A stretch of DNA of 47,028 bases from Nemertoderma westbladi (taxonomy: Eukaryota; Animalia; Xenacoelomorpha), in assembly GCA_032718475.1 (NCBI GenBank), contig JAUCBJ010005277.1, positions 1-47,028 on the forward strand, given 5' to 3'. Positions 26,408 through 38,968 of the stretch are shown here, in pieces. Position numbers and translations under genes: made by a program. The notes under the pieces are model-generated. The model searched no databases and was not told where the DNA came from. It worked only from the letters and a program-made list of their open reading frames with translations. Each line of letters opens with the position of its first letter. The stretch's first letter is position 1.

Positions 26408-26887
26408 GTTTATCTGTCTGTCTGTGTGTATGCTGGCAGGCTGGTTTGTATGGTTTTGGTTTGGTTTGCTGATCGCGTTCACCTGTCAACCTGCTGGCTG
26501 GCCTGTTTATTACTGACTGACTGAATATGATTACCGTACTGCTGTACGTACAGCACTGATAAACTACCCACCAGGCAGCTAGGTACTGACCGCTACTGCC
26601 AGACTGCTGTACTGCAGTACTGTCTGACTTATGGACTTGTACCGGTACTACAGTACTAGGTCTACTACAACTTGACACAAGTGACAACAGCTATAACATT
26701 TCTGCATTTAGGCCTAAGTACAGAAGGTTGCTACACCTACAAAACCGTGCTATGTGGCTATGTATATAGGAGTAGGACAGTGGAATCTCCGCATTTACAT
26801 GCAGATATATTCACAGTGATCTCTACTTTTTATATCCTGCTAATAGCCCCACGGACAGTACCCCCCCCCCCAGACAGTAGCTCTCCG

Positions 26888-28108
26888 TGTCGCGACTGGA
26901 GCTTATATAGAACGTTTGTGAATTACGTAACGTGATATTATCTTGCGTTAATTCATTTTATAATATTTTGGTGATTTAGGCGTCATATTTTTATGTTAAT
27001 ATTGTTGATTATTTAGTTGAATTATTTCCATAAATCTTACATTTATTTATTATATTTATTTATTTTGAAGTTAAATGTATTTTATAGAATATGTATGTAT
27101 TTATTAGGGAATATTTGATTTAATGTTTGGTGAGTCTCTAGTGGTATTTACCAGTCTGCCAGTAATATTATTGCTTGGTATAGGCTTGCTTGCTTCGTAA
27201 TTATTGCGTTAGTTGAGTAGAGATTCTTTTGGGTTGTAGTTACATTGAATTTAATCATTCTTAGCCTCCGTTGGTTGTAGGAATAATCTGCGGGCCAATA
27301 TTTTCCTTGTAGAGAGTAGGTGGGGTTTTATTGAAGAGACATTCCTTTCTGGAGTGGGGTGGGTATATTGGATTGCCTTTGTGGTGTGTTTACTTCATCC
27401 TATTGTTGTAACTGTAGCTCTTTATATGGATAGATGCACTCAGTTGTGTTACTCTATTGTCGTAAAGGTCAAACTGGTTATAGCCAGCCTGAATGTTTGT
27501 AGAAGTAACAGTGCAGTTTGTTGCTAGGTTATTAATTAACACATTTTCAGTAGATAATATTGGGTTGGATTTGTTAGTATATAAACCGATATTCTGGTTT
27601 TCATTTCTTCAGTATCCTACGGAACCCCAGCCACGCAGAAGTATGTTTATTATTATTATTATTATTTTAGCGACATAGTTTGGGCAATTTTATATTGCGG
27701 TTGATTATATGATTATTATTATGCCTTAATTATTTATATTATATTCACTATATTGTCATAATATTTTTACTGATTGTAACATCGTATTGTAAACCATGAT
27801 AACCTTAAGTACGTAAATATACAGAACTTTATATGATTGTTTTTATAACTTTATGTTTTTATAATTTTATTTTATTGCCGCACCATATTTATTTTACCTA
27901 CATCCCTACCACTCTGTCAGACACTGTCAGCTAACGGCCCTACCTTTGTTGTCGGCCGATCTCGCTGGTGCCTCTGTAGTCCCCACGTCCCCATCCTAAC
28001 CAAAGTGTGGCTCTATAAACCTTACCCTTCCCCCCCAACCCCCACAAAGAATCCTCTTAGTTCACACCCCGCGATGGCGCGGGTTGTCTGCGTGTTTTAG
28101 CGCGCACA
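26888..28108. mobile_element. Solo LTR
   Basis: TGT...ACA termini with an imperfect inverted repeat; 5-bp TSD CTCCG (26883-26887, 28109-28113); interrupts the 15-bp repeat array. Confidence 0.7.
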
Positions 28109-28124
28109 CTCCGGACGGATATAC

Positions 28125-28490
28125 CTCAGACAGTAGCCCAGCGGACAGTAGCTCCCCGGACAATAGCCCTCAGACAGTAGCCCAGCGGACAGTAGCGCCC
28201 CGGACAGTAGCTCCCCGGACAATAGCCCTCAGACAGTAGCCCAGCGGACAGTAGCCTCCGGACAGTAGCTCCCCGGACAGTAGACCCCCGACCACCGGAT
28301 AGTAGACCACCGGACAGTAGCCCAGCGGACAGTAGCCCCCCGGACAGAAGCTCCCCGGACAATAGCCCAGCGGACAGTAGCTCCCCGGACAGTAGACCCC
28401 CGGACAGTAGACCCCCGGACAGTAGCCTCCTGGACAGTAGCCCAGCGGACAGTAGACCCCCGGACAGTAGCCTCCCCTGACAATAGCCCC
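28125..28490. repeat. 15-bp tandem repeat (about GGACAGTAGCCCCCC), arm of a foldback-like element
   Basis: About 24 units; the same motif occurs at 26843-26886 and inverted at about 29021-29117. Confidence 0.88.
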
Positions 28491-30857
28491 CCAGCCCCGA
28501 AGAATGATTAGTATTAAGAAAATAATGTCTACAGTACATTTTCATTTATTCATTAATTTTTAATATCACCGAAATTCTAGAATATAATATTTTGTAATGC
28601 TTTTTTGGTATTGGTGAATGTTCTGGAACATTAGTAGATACAGTATGTTTTTTATGATAGCTGTCTTTTTTGCTAGCTAGTATTTTTTTGAAAGTAAAAA
28701 AATGCGAAAAGATGGATATTTTAGGTTTAAACTGTTGCAAAATAATATACTGTATTAACGACCAAAATAATTTTCAAAAAATACTAGCTACCATAAAAAA
28801 AACCTACCGGTACTAAAGGTTCTAGAACATTCACCAATATAAAAAAACACTCATAAGCAATAATATTTTTTTCATTTTCAAAAAATACTACAGTAGCTAG
28901 TAAAAAAAAACACTAGCTACCACAAAAAAATATCTACTAAGGTTCTACAGTTTTTTTTTTCATTACCAATATCAAAAAATACTCTAAAACACAAAAAAAA
29001 AGAATGTTAAAAAACTCATTCGGGGTCTACTCTGTCCGAGGGCTACTGTCCGGGAGTTAGTGTCCAGGGGCTACTGCCCGGGGAGCTACTGTCCGGGGGG
29101 CTACTGTCAGACTGTCCTAGAGCTAGAAACCCATATACGTTATGTGAACGCACCTATTCTAGAACGCAAATGCAGAAATAAAACTACCTAGAATAACTTT
29201 TACTCTTAGGCCTACACATACTGTACAGACCCCGATATGTACACATACCCCAAAACCTACACCTAAACATACGTTATGTGAACGCACCTAGCACATACAC
29301 CTACACGTCATAAGGTACGTTATGTGAACTCACCTTAATAACCTGTATATTGTTGCTAACATTTATTTACTTATTAAATTTCGTACATTTATTAATTATT
29401 AAATTAAATAGAGATAATTTTTGATAAAGTCAGTAAGTTACAGATCTATACTAATAATAAAGTTTAACTGGTTAGTTATTGACATTATAGTTTGTTGGTC
29501 TGTTCAGCAGTTGTAGTCAGGTCGCTTAGCAAGTTAATGTGGACGTTCTGGACAAACTTCCCATAATTGGTCATACCTTTCATTTTTTAAGGGGAACCAA
29601 CTTTGCAACATTATTTATCGGTCTCATATTACCATGACAACAGGAGGTCATTTACAAAAGTCCACTTTCCAATAAAGCTACAGTCTTCTAACCTTGAACT
29701 ACCCCCCATATATCAGCATCAGAGATTCCATTGACGTCATTTGTAAAACCCGATTGCCATGGAAACTGTTTCAAAAACGAGTTTCAAACGCCGATTTTCA
29801 GTAAATATTCGAAAAATATAAAACCATTGATTAATAATTGTTCCCCCATTTGGAAAAATCATCTAACATTATAAATATAGTATCCCTGGGACCCTCTTGA
29901 TTTCTAGTAGTGGACCAATTTAAATGGACCTGTGGTAGTCCAGTAACCATGGTCACAAGTCACTAAATATATTCTGCAAAATTTAATATAGTTCAGAACT
30001 ATCTAAAAAAAATTCAATTTTGGATCTAGTGTCTTACATGTTACCAAGTCCAGACAATTACTTTCCGACCATTCAAGTTTGCCTCTGTTGCCATGGTAAC
30101 CAATAACATTTGGAATGTGGACAAAATATTGAAAAAAACATGTTCAGTATACCGGTACTTCAACTTTGATCATATGCACATTAGCACCTTAGTTCCTCAT
30201 TATACAGTATAGGTCTACTGTATGACCACTAGCACAGTCAATATAGTTACCATAGCAAAGGGTATGTTTCATTATTTATACACTTCCGCTTTCTTATTTT
30301 TTCATATTTAGAAGGTAATAATTTTCTTGATTTGAAAAATATATATCTGGGGTCTATCATAGCTATTTTTAAATGTAAATAATTACTCATGACCATAGCA
30401 ACGGGAGATTTCCCTCTTTTACACTACTTGCTAGGTTGAATTTCTCCAAATTTTGTGAAATATGAACACTGAAGTATTCAGTGGAACATATCTTAGCACC
30501 AGAGCGTTTTTGACAGAAATAACAAGTTTTTTTCTTAGAGTGTTGGATATGGGAGGCAATACATCCTTAGTAACAGCGATTTTTGCATAGCTATGAGGAA
30601 TTTTGCTCTGCTATGTCGAATTTGGTAGAGATATTGGTATATAGATTTAGGTCCTGAAAAGTCACTCGCATTGCCTGTTTTCCATAGCTTCACAGGGTGT
30701 GATAACCTCCACACTTTTTGGTCGGCGGGTAAAAAGTCAGCAGTATTGGAAAGATTCACGTTTGTAATTTATGATAAGACCAGTGAATTACAACATGTAA
30801 ACGAATTAAGGAAGGTCCACTTTTGCCAAAAGAATATAACTTGAGACTATAGGCCTA

Positions 30858-30957
30858 CCTCCAACCCAGTATCGGCTCGAACCCGGTACCTAGGTTTCAA
30901 ACTTCCGGTTATCATCAGCCGAGTGTGTGTCCTAAGACCACTGAGCTACCAGGGCGG
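30858..30957 (-). mobile_element. tRNA-derived SINE head or tRNA pseudogene
   Basis: Minus-strand A box TAGCTCAGTGG and B box GGTTCGAGCC; no intact cloverleaf. Confidence 0.6.
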
Positions 30958-31064
30958 TAGAAGATTTATTCGCTATGGAGTGGGGTATCATTTCAAAGTC
31001 ATTTCATATCATTTATCAAATTTCTAATCTTTCATTCTCCACTTACTGTTTTATCATAGCAGCC

Positions 31065-31390
31065 AGAGCAACACGTGTTCTAAATCTTGTGAAACAATAA
31101 TTTACCTTTATGTAGCCTCGAATGTTCCTCAACCTGTATCGAGCTATTATAAGACCACTCCTTGAGTATGCTACAGTAGTTTGGTGCCCCTACCAGCAGA
31201 AAGACATCTACCTGTTAGAACGTGTGCAGCATCGTGCCATCAAGATTGTTCCTTCCCTTCAGGAATTGACATATGAAGATCGTCTTCGTTCCCTTGGTAT
31301 CCCAACATTGATCTATAGACGTACAGTATACGAGCTGATATGATAAACACTTTCAAGTTTGTCCATAACATTGATAATGTAGATTTACAT
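31065..31390 (+). mobile_element. CR1-group LINE ORF2 C-terminal fragment
   Basis: LYRAIIRPLLEYATVVWCPY, LERVQHRAIKIVP, TYEDRLRSLG, then RADMINTFK after a 5-bp insertion is removed. Confidence 0.85.
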
Positions 31391-31424
31391 TACCATATAC
31401 TGTACATTACCTATAGAAACAGGG

Positions 31425-32592
31425 TACTTCACACCTGCCGAACTCCAAAGAAGCATTAAAAGCATGTCCAATAATAAAGCGAGTGGATTAGATGAAATCC
31501 CAGCGGAGGTATGGAAAACCGGAGTGCTAAACATACCATTATTGAATGTTTGCAACCGGATGTTAAAAGGTGAAAAGCCACCACCAATTTGGACTTAAGG
31601 TCAACTAAAGCCTCTCCCCAAGAAAGGAGACCTCGGCATACCAACAAACTATCGTGGGATATGTCTGCTTGTGGTAGCTGCCAAAATATACAATAAAATG
31701 ATTCTATATAGAATTAGGCCTCACATAGAGAAACTACTGCGTAAGAGCCAAAACGGATTTCGACCAAGTAGATCAATAATAGCTCAGGTACTTGCACTAC
31801 GGAGACTGATTGAAGGAATTAAGTCAAAGAATCTCCCCGGAGTCATGACTTTTGTGGACTTCAAGAAGGCATTTGATTCCATCCATAGAGGTAAAATGCT
31901 TGAAATCCTAAGAGCTTATGGAATACCAGAAGTAATTGTTGCTGGCATTGGATTGTTATATTGTGACACAGAAGCGCAGGTACGCACGCACCAGATGGTG
32001 AAACTGAGTTTTCTCAATCCTGGCTGGCGTACTGCAAGGTGACACATTAGCACCATTACTATTTGTAATTGTGCTGGATTACGCAATGAGGACGGCCACA
32101 ATGGGTGAAGATCTGGGATTCACACTTCAAGAACGCAGAAGTAGTAGATATCCGGCAACTACAGTCACAGACACCGACTTTACGGATGACATCGCCCTGC
32201 TCTCTAATACGCTAGCAGATGCACAGCTTCTACTAAATAAAGTGGAGGGGGCTGTATTGCATATAAATGCTACCAAGACCGAATTCATGACCTTTAATGT
32301 TGATGGAAACTTGACAACCATTGATAATAATCAACTAAGGAAGGTCGACGACTTCCAGTACCTTGGATCATGGATAGAGAGTAGCAAAAAGGACATAGAA
32401 GTTAGGAAAACGAACAAAACACCGAGCTTTATGGTACAATACCACCTGTATCAACCACCCTCCGTGAACGCAGATTAAGATTCAGTGGGCACTGCTGGCG
32501 AAGTAAAGACGAGGTCATACCAGATCTACTTCTCTGGCAACCAACTCATGGAAAGCGTAGTCGTGAACGACCGGCCATAACATATATAGACT
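31425..32592 (+). mobile_element. RTE-clade LINE reverse transcriptase, decayed
   Basis: KASGLDEIPAEVWK, NYRGICLL, QNGFRPSRS, FVDFKKAFDSI, GVLQGDTLAP, FTDDIALL, DFQYLGSWI, with frameshifts. Confidence 0.92.
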
Positions 32593-32776
32593 ACTAGTTA
32601 TTTTTATTTGAATGAAACCAAGTATGCTTTGTCAGTTTTTTAATATAATTTTTTTTAATTTTAGTTTAATATAATTCAATTATTTTTACTTAATACGGGT
32701 AATTAATATGAACCAACTGTTTATGTAAGTACGCAAATCCCATCGTGGCGAATTAATACCCCGCCTCAATGTTAAA

Positions 32777-32871
32777 TTCTCAATTTAGGGAAAGGAGCAG
32801 GTTACAGTGGCACGATATTTTAACCAAAACAATAATTTAAACACAATAGAACAGGTTACAGTTTTATTTTT
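32777..32871 (+). repeat. About 100-bp dispersed repeat, copy 2
   Basis: Matches 2014-2114. Confidence 0.8.
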
Positions 32872-33924
32872 GAGTGTAATCAGTTGGATGGAAATCTGTG
32901 ACGGGATGGTTAGATTTATACGCATCACCATTCCGCTGAAGCTGCTGTACAATAGTCGTTTTGGCCGAAGGCCGTCGGGGATATAATAGAGTTTTTGTTT
33001 CTCAATATTAATCTTCCGAATGATAATAGCACAGAATTATGTACGTAATGAATATCACGATACAGAATGACAGCAGAAAATACACAGATATTAATTGGTA
33101 ATGTTGGTGGCGGTGATGGTCATAAACTATGACCGGTCTGCAACTCTGTGATTCATGAACTGACCGGTAAATCAGTAATACAGAATAATATATGATTGAT
33201 ACACACAGATATTGGTTTCACCTCTTACTCTACTTGGCCTTCTGTACCCAGTGGATGCTTTCCTATCTCTAATCACGTGCTTCCCTCCCTGCTATTGGCT
33301 AACATACTACAGTAATTGTCACTTTGGCACTCCCTGTGAGTGTTTCCCCCGCCGCTAGCCTCTACTAGCTGTGTTCTCCCTCCGAGGTGGTTTGACCTCT
33401 CACCTCTCTCTGTGGCTTTAGGGCTTGTGTCGCCCCCCCCCCCCCCCCCCCCAAAGTTGGTTATGAGGCGAGATTATTATTGGTAATCTCGTATCCCCAA
33501 CTATATTAGTAAAATGCCACTGGTCCCATTTTCGGGTGGGTAATGTAATGGAATTGAATCCTCTTACAAAATCAAATACCAAAAATATATTTATAATATG
33601 AATAATGTATTTGGAAATTGAAAGTTTGGCCTTTTTGATAGAATTGAACAACATTTGCTTAAATAATCAGATGACACTAGCTGGTAGTTTAGATGTCCAT
33701 GGTTTAGACCATGGACTACTGAAGTAGTCCTTGGTTTGGTTTAGACCTATAGGCCTAGTGTTTTTTATTCTATTTTATTTCAAAGCATTCCACCCATCCA
33801 CCAAGCGATCCAACTGCTCAAGTTGCACTCCCAGTAAACTGCAGTAGCAGTTAAATTACTGAATTACGCCTACGGTACCCAATGTGAAACGTAGGCCGAA
33901 ACACAGAACCACACGACTGCGACA

Positions 33925-34839
33925 ATGACTTCATCGGCCGCTGAACTCAAAACTCAAGGAAACAAATGTTTCAACTCCCGTAACTACACGGAAGCTATCC
34001 AATGGTACAACAAAGCGGTTGCCCGGGACAACAGTGTAAGTTCCTTCTACACAAACCGCTGTCTCTGCCACATTAAACTGAAACAATGGAAGTTGGCACT
34101 GGAAGATTCTCGCCGAGCCTTGGAACTGGACCCGTCCTCGGTGAAGGCGCATTTCTTCCTGGGCCAGGTGCTGGTGGAGCAGGGCGTCTACGAGGAGGCT
34201 ATACCGTGTCTGCATCGGGCGGCAGACCTCGCCAGGGACCAACGACTCAACTACGGGGACGACATCGGCGCGATGCTTCGGCTCTCCAAGAAGAAGCGGT
34301 GGAACCAGTTGGAGAACCAACGGATATCCGAAGAAATAACGCTGCAATCTCATCTAAATAAACTGCTTGTGGAGGACAGAGACAGAAAACTGTCCGCGCT
34401 AAGGTTTAATAAGACGACTGTTAACGCAGAAGGTTTGGCGATATCGGACGTAGAGGATGAGTCGCCGGTTTACGGCGTAGAACCCGGGGTTGTAGTGAGC
34501 CCGGACGAGCAGACTCTCAGGGCTATCAGACAGGACTGCGACACACAACTCGAGCTGGTCAATGAGCTGTTCAGCGCCGTGGACGACAGGCGTAGGAGGC
34601 GGGAGGTCCCCGATTACCTCTGCTGTAAGATCAGTTTCGAGATCATGGTTGACCCAGTGATCACCCCCAGCGGGGTCACCTACGACCGCAAGGTCATTGA
34701 GGATCATTTACAACGAGTTGGTCATTTCGATCCGGTTACAAGAAGCGAACTCTCCATCGGTCAACTCGTACCTAATCTGGCTATTAAGGAAGTTATCGAT
34801 TGTTTTGTTGCTGAAAACGGCTGGATTGAGGAGTACTAA
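33925..34839 (+). CDS. STUB1: E3 ubiquitin ligase CHIP (TPR + U-box), intronless CDS
   Basis: Three TPRs ([29 protein letters not shown]), NYGDDI..KKKRWN, U-box [46 protein letters not shown]. Confidence 0.97.
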   Translation: MTSSAAELKTQGNKCFNSRNYTEAIQWYNKAVARDNSVSSFYTNRCLCHIKLKQWKLALEDSRRALELDPSSVKAHFFLGQVLVEQGVYEEAIPCLHRAADLARDQRLNYGDDIGAMLRLSKKKRWNQLENQRISEEITLQSHLNKLLVEDRDRKLSALRFNKTTVNAEGLAISDVEDESPVYGVEPGVVVSPDEQTLRAIRQDCDTQLELVNELFSAVDDRRRRREVPDYLCCKISFEIMVDPVITPSGVTYDRKVIEDHLQRVGHFDPVTRSELSIGQLVPNLAIKEVIDCFVAENGWIEEY

Positions 34840-35449
34840 CTAATAATATAGTAAATTTATTATAATTGGCTATTATTTATGTATATTTATTAAATATCTA
34901 ATAAAATTGCGGTGTTATTTATTGTAAATATAAAAATTAAATACAGTACAGGTAAGTTATTTACATTTTATGTAAATATCCGGTATGTGAATACGTCTAT
35001 CTACATTCTACACAGCAATATGTTTGTATGTAAAAGAGTCGTGGCTGAAAATCGATATTCTATATAAAATGTTTTGCAGCCATTAGAACAATATAACCAA
35101 AAACCCTTAATATAACAACCTTTTTTGGAACTTTATTAGATTCTTATATATTTCTTTAATTACTGAATTAGAGAGCTACTTAACTACATAAACCAATTAA
35201 ATTGGATATTGAGTTCGCAGACACTAAAGATGCAATAACGTTTGAGTGTGTCAATGGATTTTCTTCTTTTCAAACCTTTTCTACTTAGATTCTTTTAGAC
35301 ATCAATAAAATCCTGTGGGTTACTTTATGCCGTTATGGAAAAATAGTGGTCCTTTTTCTTCAGATTCTGGTGTATATTCGGGCCGAAAAGTTCCAACTTC
35401 GGAATAAAAATTCTGACCCCCCCCAGTAAGATATAGAATTTTAAAACGT

Positions 35450-36431
35450 TCTCGAGTTATAGCTGTCTTGTCTGCCTGTGAGTCTGACAAAATTTAAGAA
35501 ACACATACATTCTACAATTTTCGCTATAGGTGATATTTCCTGTTTTTGTGATCACATTTCCAATGTCAGTTTTAATGTTTCATGTTCTAATGTCTTTAAT
35601 ATTTCTAGATTGTCTGTCCGTATGCCTGTCTGTTTGGCCTGCCTGTCAGTCAAAAATAATGAATGAAATAGTGAATTACACAACTGAAAAGTGAGTCTAT
35701 ATGGTCTATGCGGCTGTCTGTTATATTTTGACGGACAGACCGACATGAATACAGACCAACACAAAGCCATTATATTTGAATATTGACATCAGAAATGGAA
35801 TCACCGACCAGGAAAACCCATTTAACTATAATATTAGCGAGGTCGTGTCCTTTCCTAAATTTCGACAGATAGATGGACAGATTGTCTGATAAACAGACAG
35901 ACAGGCAGTCTGGAATTCATCAAACGTTAAAACTGACATCGGAAATGCAATCACCACCCCAGAAAACCCCCATATCGGTAATTTTAGTTAAGAAGTATTC
36001 TTCCTTATTTTTTCAATATAATTTGAATTATCCCTCCATTTAACAAAAAATGGCGCGAAGGTTTGAAAACTGCAATTGCCATTATCTCAGAATTTTTTTC
36101 ATTTTTATTTTTCTGTTTCTCCGGAACCTCGACCAAATTGCATGAAATTTTCAGTATATGTTCTTCTACTAATCCTTTATAAATGGTACCACCATGGCCT
36201 ACGTACCACATTTAGACATGTAGGATAGAAATCACAAAAATACGACAAAAATATTTGCATTTTTTTCACTTAGAAAATTTCTGGCGATCAAAATAATTTT
36301 TTTAATTCATTCTGCTACCACGTCTGAGACACATGCAAAATTAATTCCCCTCCAAGATTCAAACCATTCTGTTGAACCAAGTCCTCAAAGGAGGTAGATA
36401 AGCTTAATAGTCAAATGTATGGACAAACACG
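35450..36431 (+). mobile_element. Truncated second copy of the Kolobok-like element
   Basis: Direct homology to about 15190-16428; ends at GGACAAACACGT and lacks the terminal GCCC. Confidence 0.8.
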
Positions 36432-36800
36432 TTGGTGGGGGACGGGGGGGGGGGGGGATTTAGAAACTATTCCGGGAGATGATGTATAATTGGCCGGCCC
36501 CATAAATCACGATTTTCTATGCTTTTCTTATTAATTAATATTTAACATAATTAGTTAAACAGCATTCCTGTAACTCATTGTATTAAATTTATTATTATGA
36601 AACATTAAAATAATTTCTTTATTGAACTTAAATTAAGTGCAAAACTTACAAAATACATAAAAGTAAAGTTAGTTATAATCAAATTAACTATCAGACTAAT
36701 TTAAATTAACTTTAAATACCGGTTTTATGTTACTTAACTTGTAAAAATAAATGCTATGTTACAATTTAAATATAACCAACCACCTACTATAACAAAAAAA

Positions 36801-37013
36801 ACTACTACCAACCTGCTAAAACTACTACCAACCTGCTAAAACTACTACCAACCTGCTAAAACTACTACCAACCTGCTAAAACTACTACCAACCTGCTAAA
36901 ACTACTACCAACCTGCTAAAACTACTACCAACCTGCTAAAACTACTACCAACCTGCTAAAACTACTACCAACCTGCTAAAACTACTACCAACCTGCTAAA
37001 ACTACTACCAACC
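36801..37013. repeat. 20-bp tandem repeat (ACTACTACCAACCTGCTAAA) x about 10.5
   Basis: Ten identical copies plus a partial copy. Confidence 0.97.
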
Positions 37014-37282
37014 AAAATCTCCTAACTACTGCAAAGAAACGACACCCTCGAGATGTTAGTTAATTACTAACCCACAAAACATGTTAAAATTGCACTGTGA
37101 CTATATTGCCGTTGTGTAGCAAAACTACAGATTTAGTTACCAAAAACAAAACATAAAATTGAACAAATAAAACAGTGGCAACGTTGTAAAGGGGACTTAC
37201 CATCAAAGTTGTTGTTATGAATATAATATAGAAATGAATGGGTAGGTGTAAAACGCCGATCCGGATCCGGATTCCAAAATTA

Positions 37283-37374
37283 TCAATTAAGGGAAAGGAG
37301 CAGGTTACAGTGGCACGTTATTTTAACCAAAACAATAAAGTAAAGTCAATAGAACAGGTTATAGTTTTATTTTT
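37283..37374 (+). repeat. About 100-bp dispersed repeat, copy 3
   Basis: Matches 2014-2114. Confidence 0.8.
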
Positions 37375-38189
37375 GGGAGTTATAAAAATGTAAAAAAAAT
37401 CGACTTCCGTAGAGACAATGTTAAATGTAGAATCCGGATCCGCGTTTTACTCCTTTATATGTTTTTTATACGTTCTTACGTGTTGTTATACGTTTTTATA
37501 CGTTTATATGTTCTTTATACGTTTTATTGCTTTACATGTTTACTACCACGATACTAATTGTACAAAAACAAAATTAATATATAAAATAAAAATATATAGG
37601 AGAGAAAATAACAAACAATACTACAGAAATTAACATAAAAAAAAACTAGACGACAATACAGAAATTGTAAGAGTGGGTTTCCAATTACAATTTATCAAGT
37701 TTATCAGTTTACAAAACCGCTATTTATATATTTAGAAGAACAATAATTATTTGTAAAGTAAAACAAATACTCCAAAATGAAACAATACTTCCATGAAAAA
37801 AAGTTAATATTGTATAACAACCTACAATGTGTTTGTGTAGCGTTAATGATTTAGTTAGGTCAAATTCTATTACTGTAATAATATGCTCATTACTCAACTT
37901 GGTTAAGTAGGCCTTATGTAATCTATAATGTGGCACTTGGTTGTGCCCCGGGATTACAACATTATATAGTTTACTACGTTGGTGGCGATGAGTTTTATTC
38001 TAGCCTTTTGTCTGTCTATGTGTAAAATCGGGAAAGGCATTATGATGTAATGTTTTCTACTACATTATGGCAACATGATGGCTGTTAACGTTGTTCTCGA
38101 ATTAATCATAATTTATAATTTAATTTAATTTCTTTCCAATAACTCCCATATGAATATATGAATTAATAATTTGCAATTGCAGAACCTAA

Positions 38190-38923
38190 GGCCCGGGTCA
38201 CACATGAGCTTTCACCATTCAACTATCAAATAATACGCCCCGGTTGGCTGTTATAAAAGTCTGTATTGGTTTATAGATTATAAGTGTTTTATAAGCTATA
38301 CTACTGTATAATCTTTATAATCTAAAGAAGCCATCATAATTCACGATAAATTCATGAAGTACTTCACAGAGGAAGGCGCAGTTGATTGGCAGGATGAGTA
38401 TGCATACGTAACTTAAAGTTTTATATCTATAAGCCTACTATTAATATTACTTTATATCGATATTTTATAAATAACATTTATAAATATTAATAATATATTT
38501 TATTTCACTACCATCTATTTTTAATATTTCGCCAATCTCATTCCACAGGTGTACTTGATTTTTATGACCGGGAAGTGATGTATTATAAATGTCTTCCCTT
38601 TGCTGTACTAAACAAATTAGCTCTTCAGTCGACATGATTCCTTCTGACAGGACAGTACAGCTACAGTACTAATCTTTCCCACAAAATCGTCAATGTTATA
38701 TACAGTAGCTGCTATAATTTATAAATATTACTTACTTCTGATTGGCTGTCAATGCTGGAAATACCAGCTTTCAACTTTCAAGTAAGATAGAACATAGGAC
38801 TAGTGCATATTGAAAGTTGAAAGTTGCATGTTGGACGTTGACTGTTTATATGTGAACGTCCCTTAGGCTACAATATGTTCTATCTTTTAATTGAAAGTTG
38901 AAAGCTCGTGTGTGACCCGGGCC
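38190..38923. mobile_element. PIF/Harbinger-like MITE
   Basis: TIR GGCCCGGGTCACACAYGAGCTTTCA; 3-bp TSD TAA. Confidence 0.85.
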
Positions 38924-38968
38924 TAAATATTTGTACACCATATTGCAGCATAGAAAATTGAATGCCGC

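Noticed and set aside
28126-28545. GLLSG-repeat ORFs
   Set aside because: Artefact of a 15-bp tandem repeat whose unit is a multiple of three.
29136-29336. Three spaced copies of TACGTTATGTGAACGCACCT
   Set aside because: Unequal spacing and too few copies for an array; more likely duplicated MITE ends.
30880-30940. CTGATGA...GAAAC hammerhead-like core in the minus-strand SINE head
   Set aside because: Stem I and the UH cleavage site do not form; explained by a tRNA-like anticodon arm.
33860-33905. Hammerhead-like CTGAA...GCCTACG/CGTAGGC...CGAAAC upstream of STUB1
   Set aside because: The core is not CUGANGA and stems I and III are not found.
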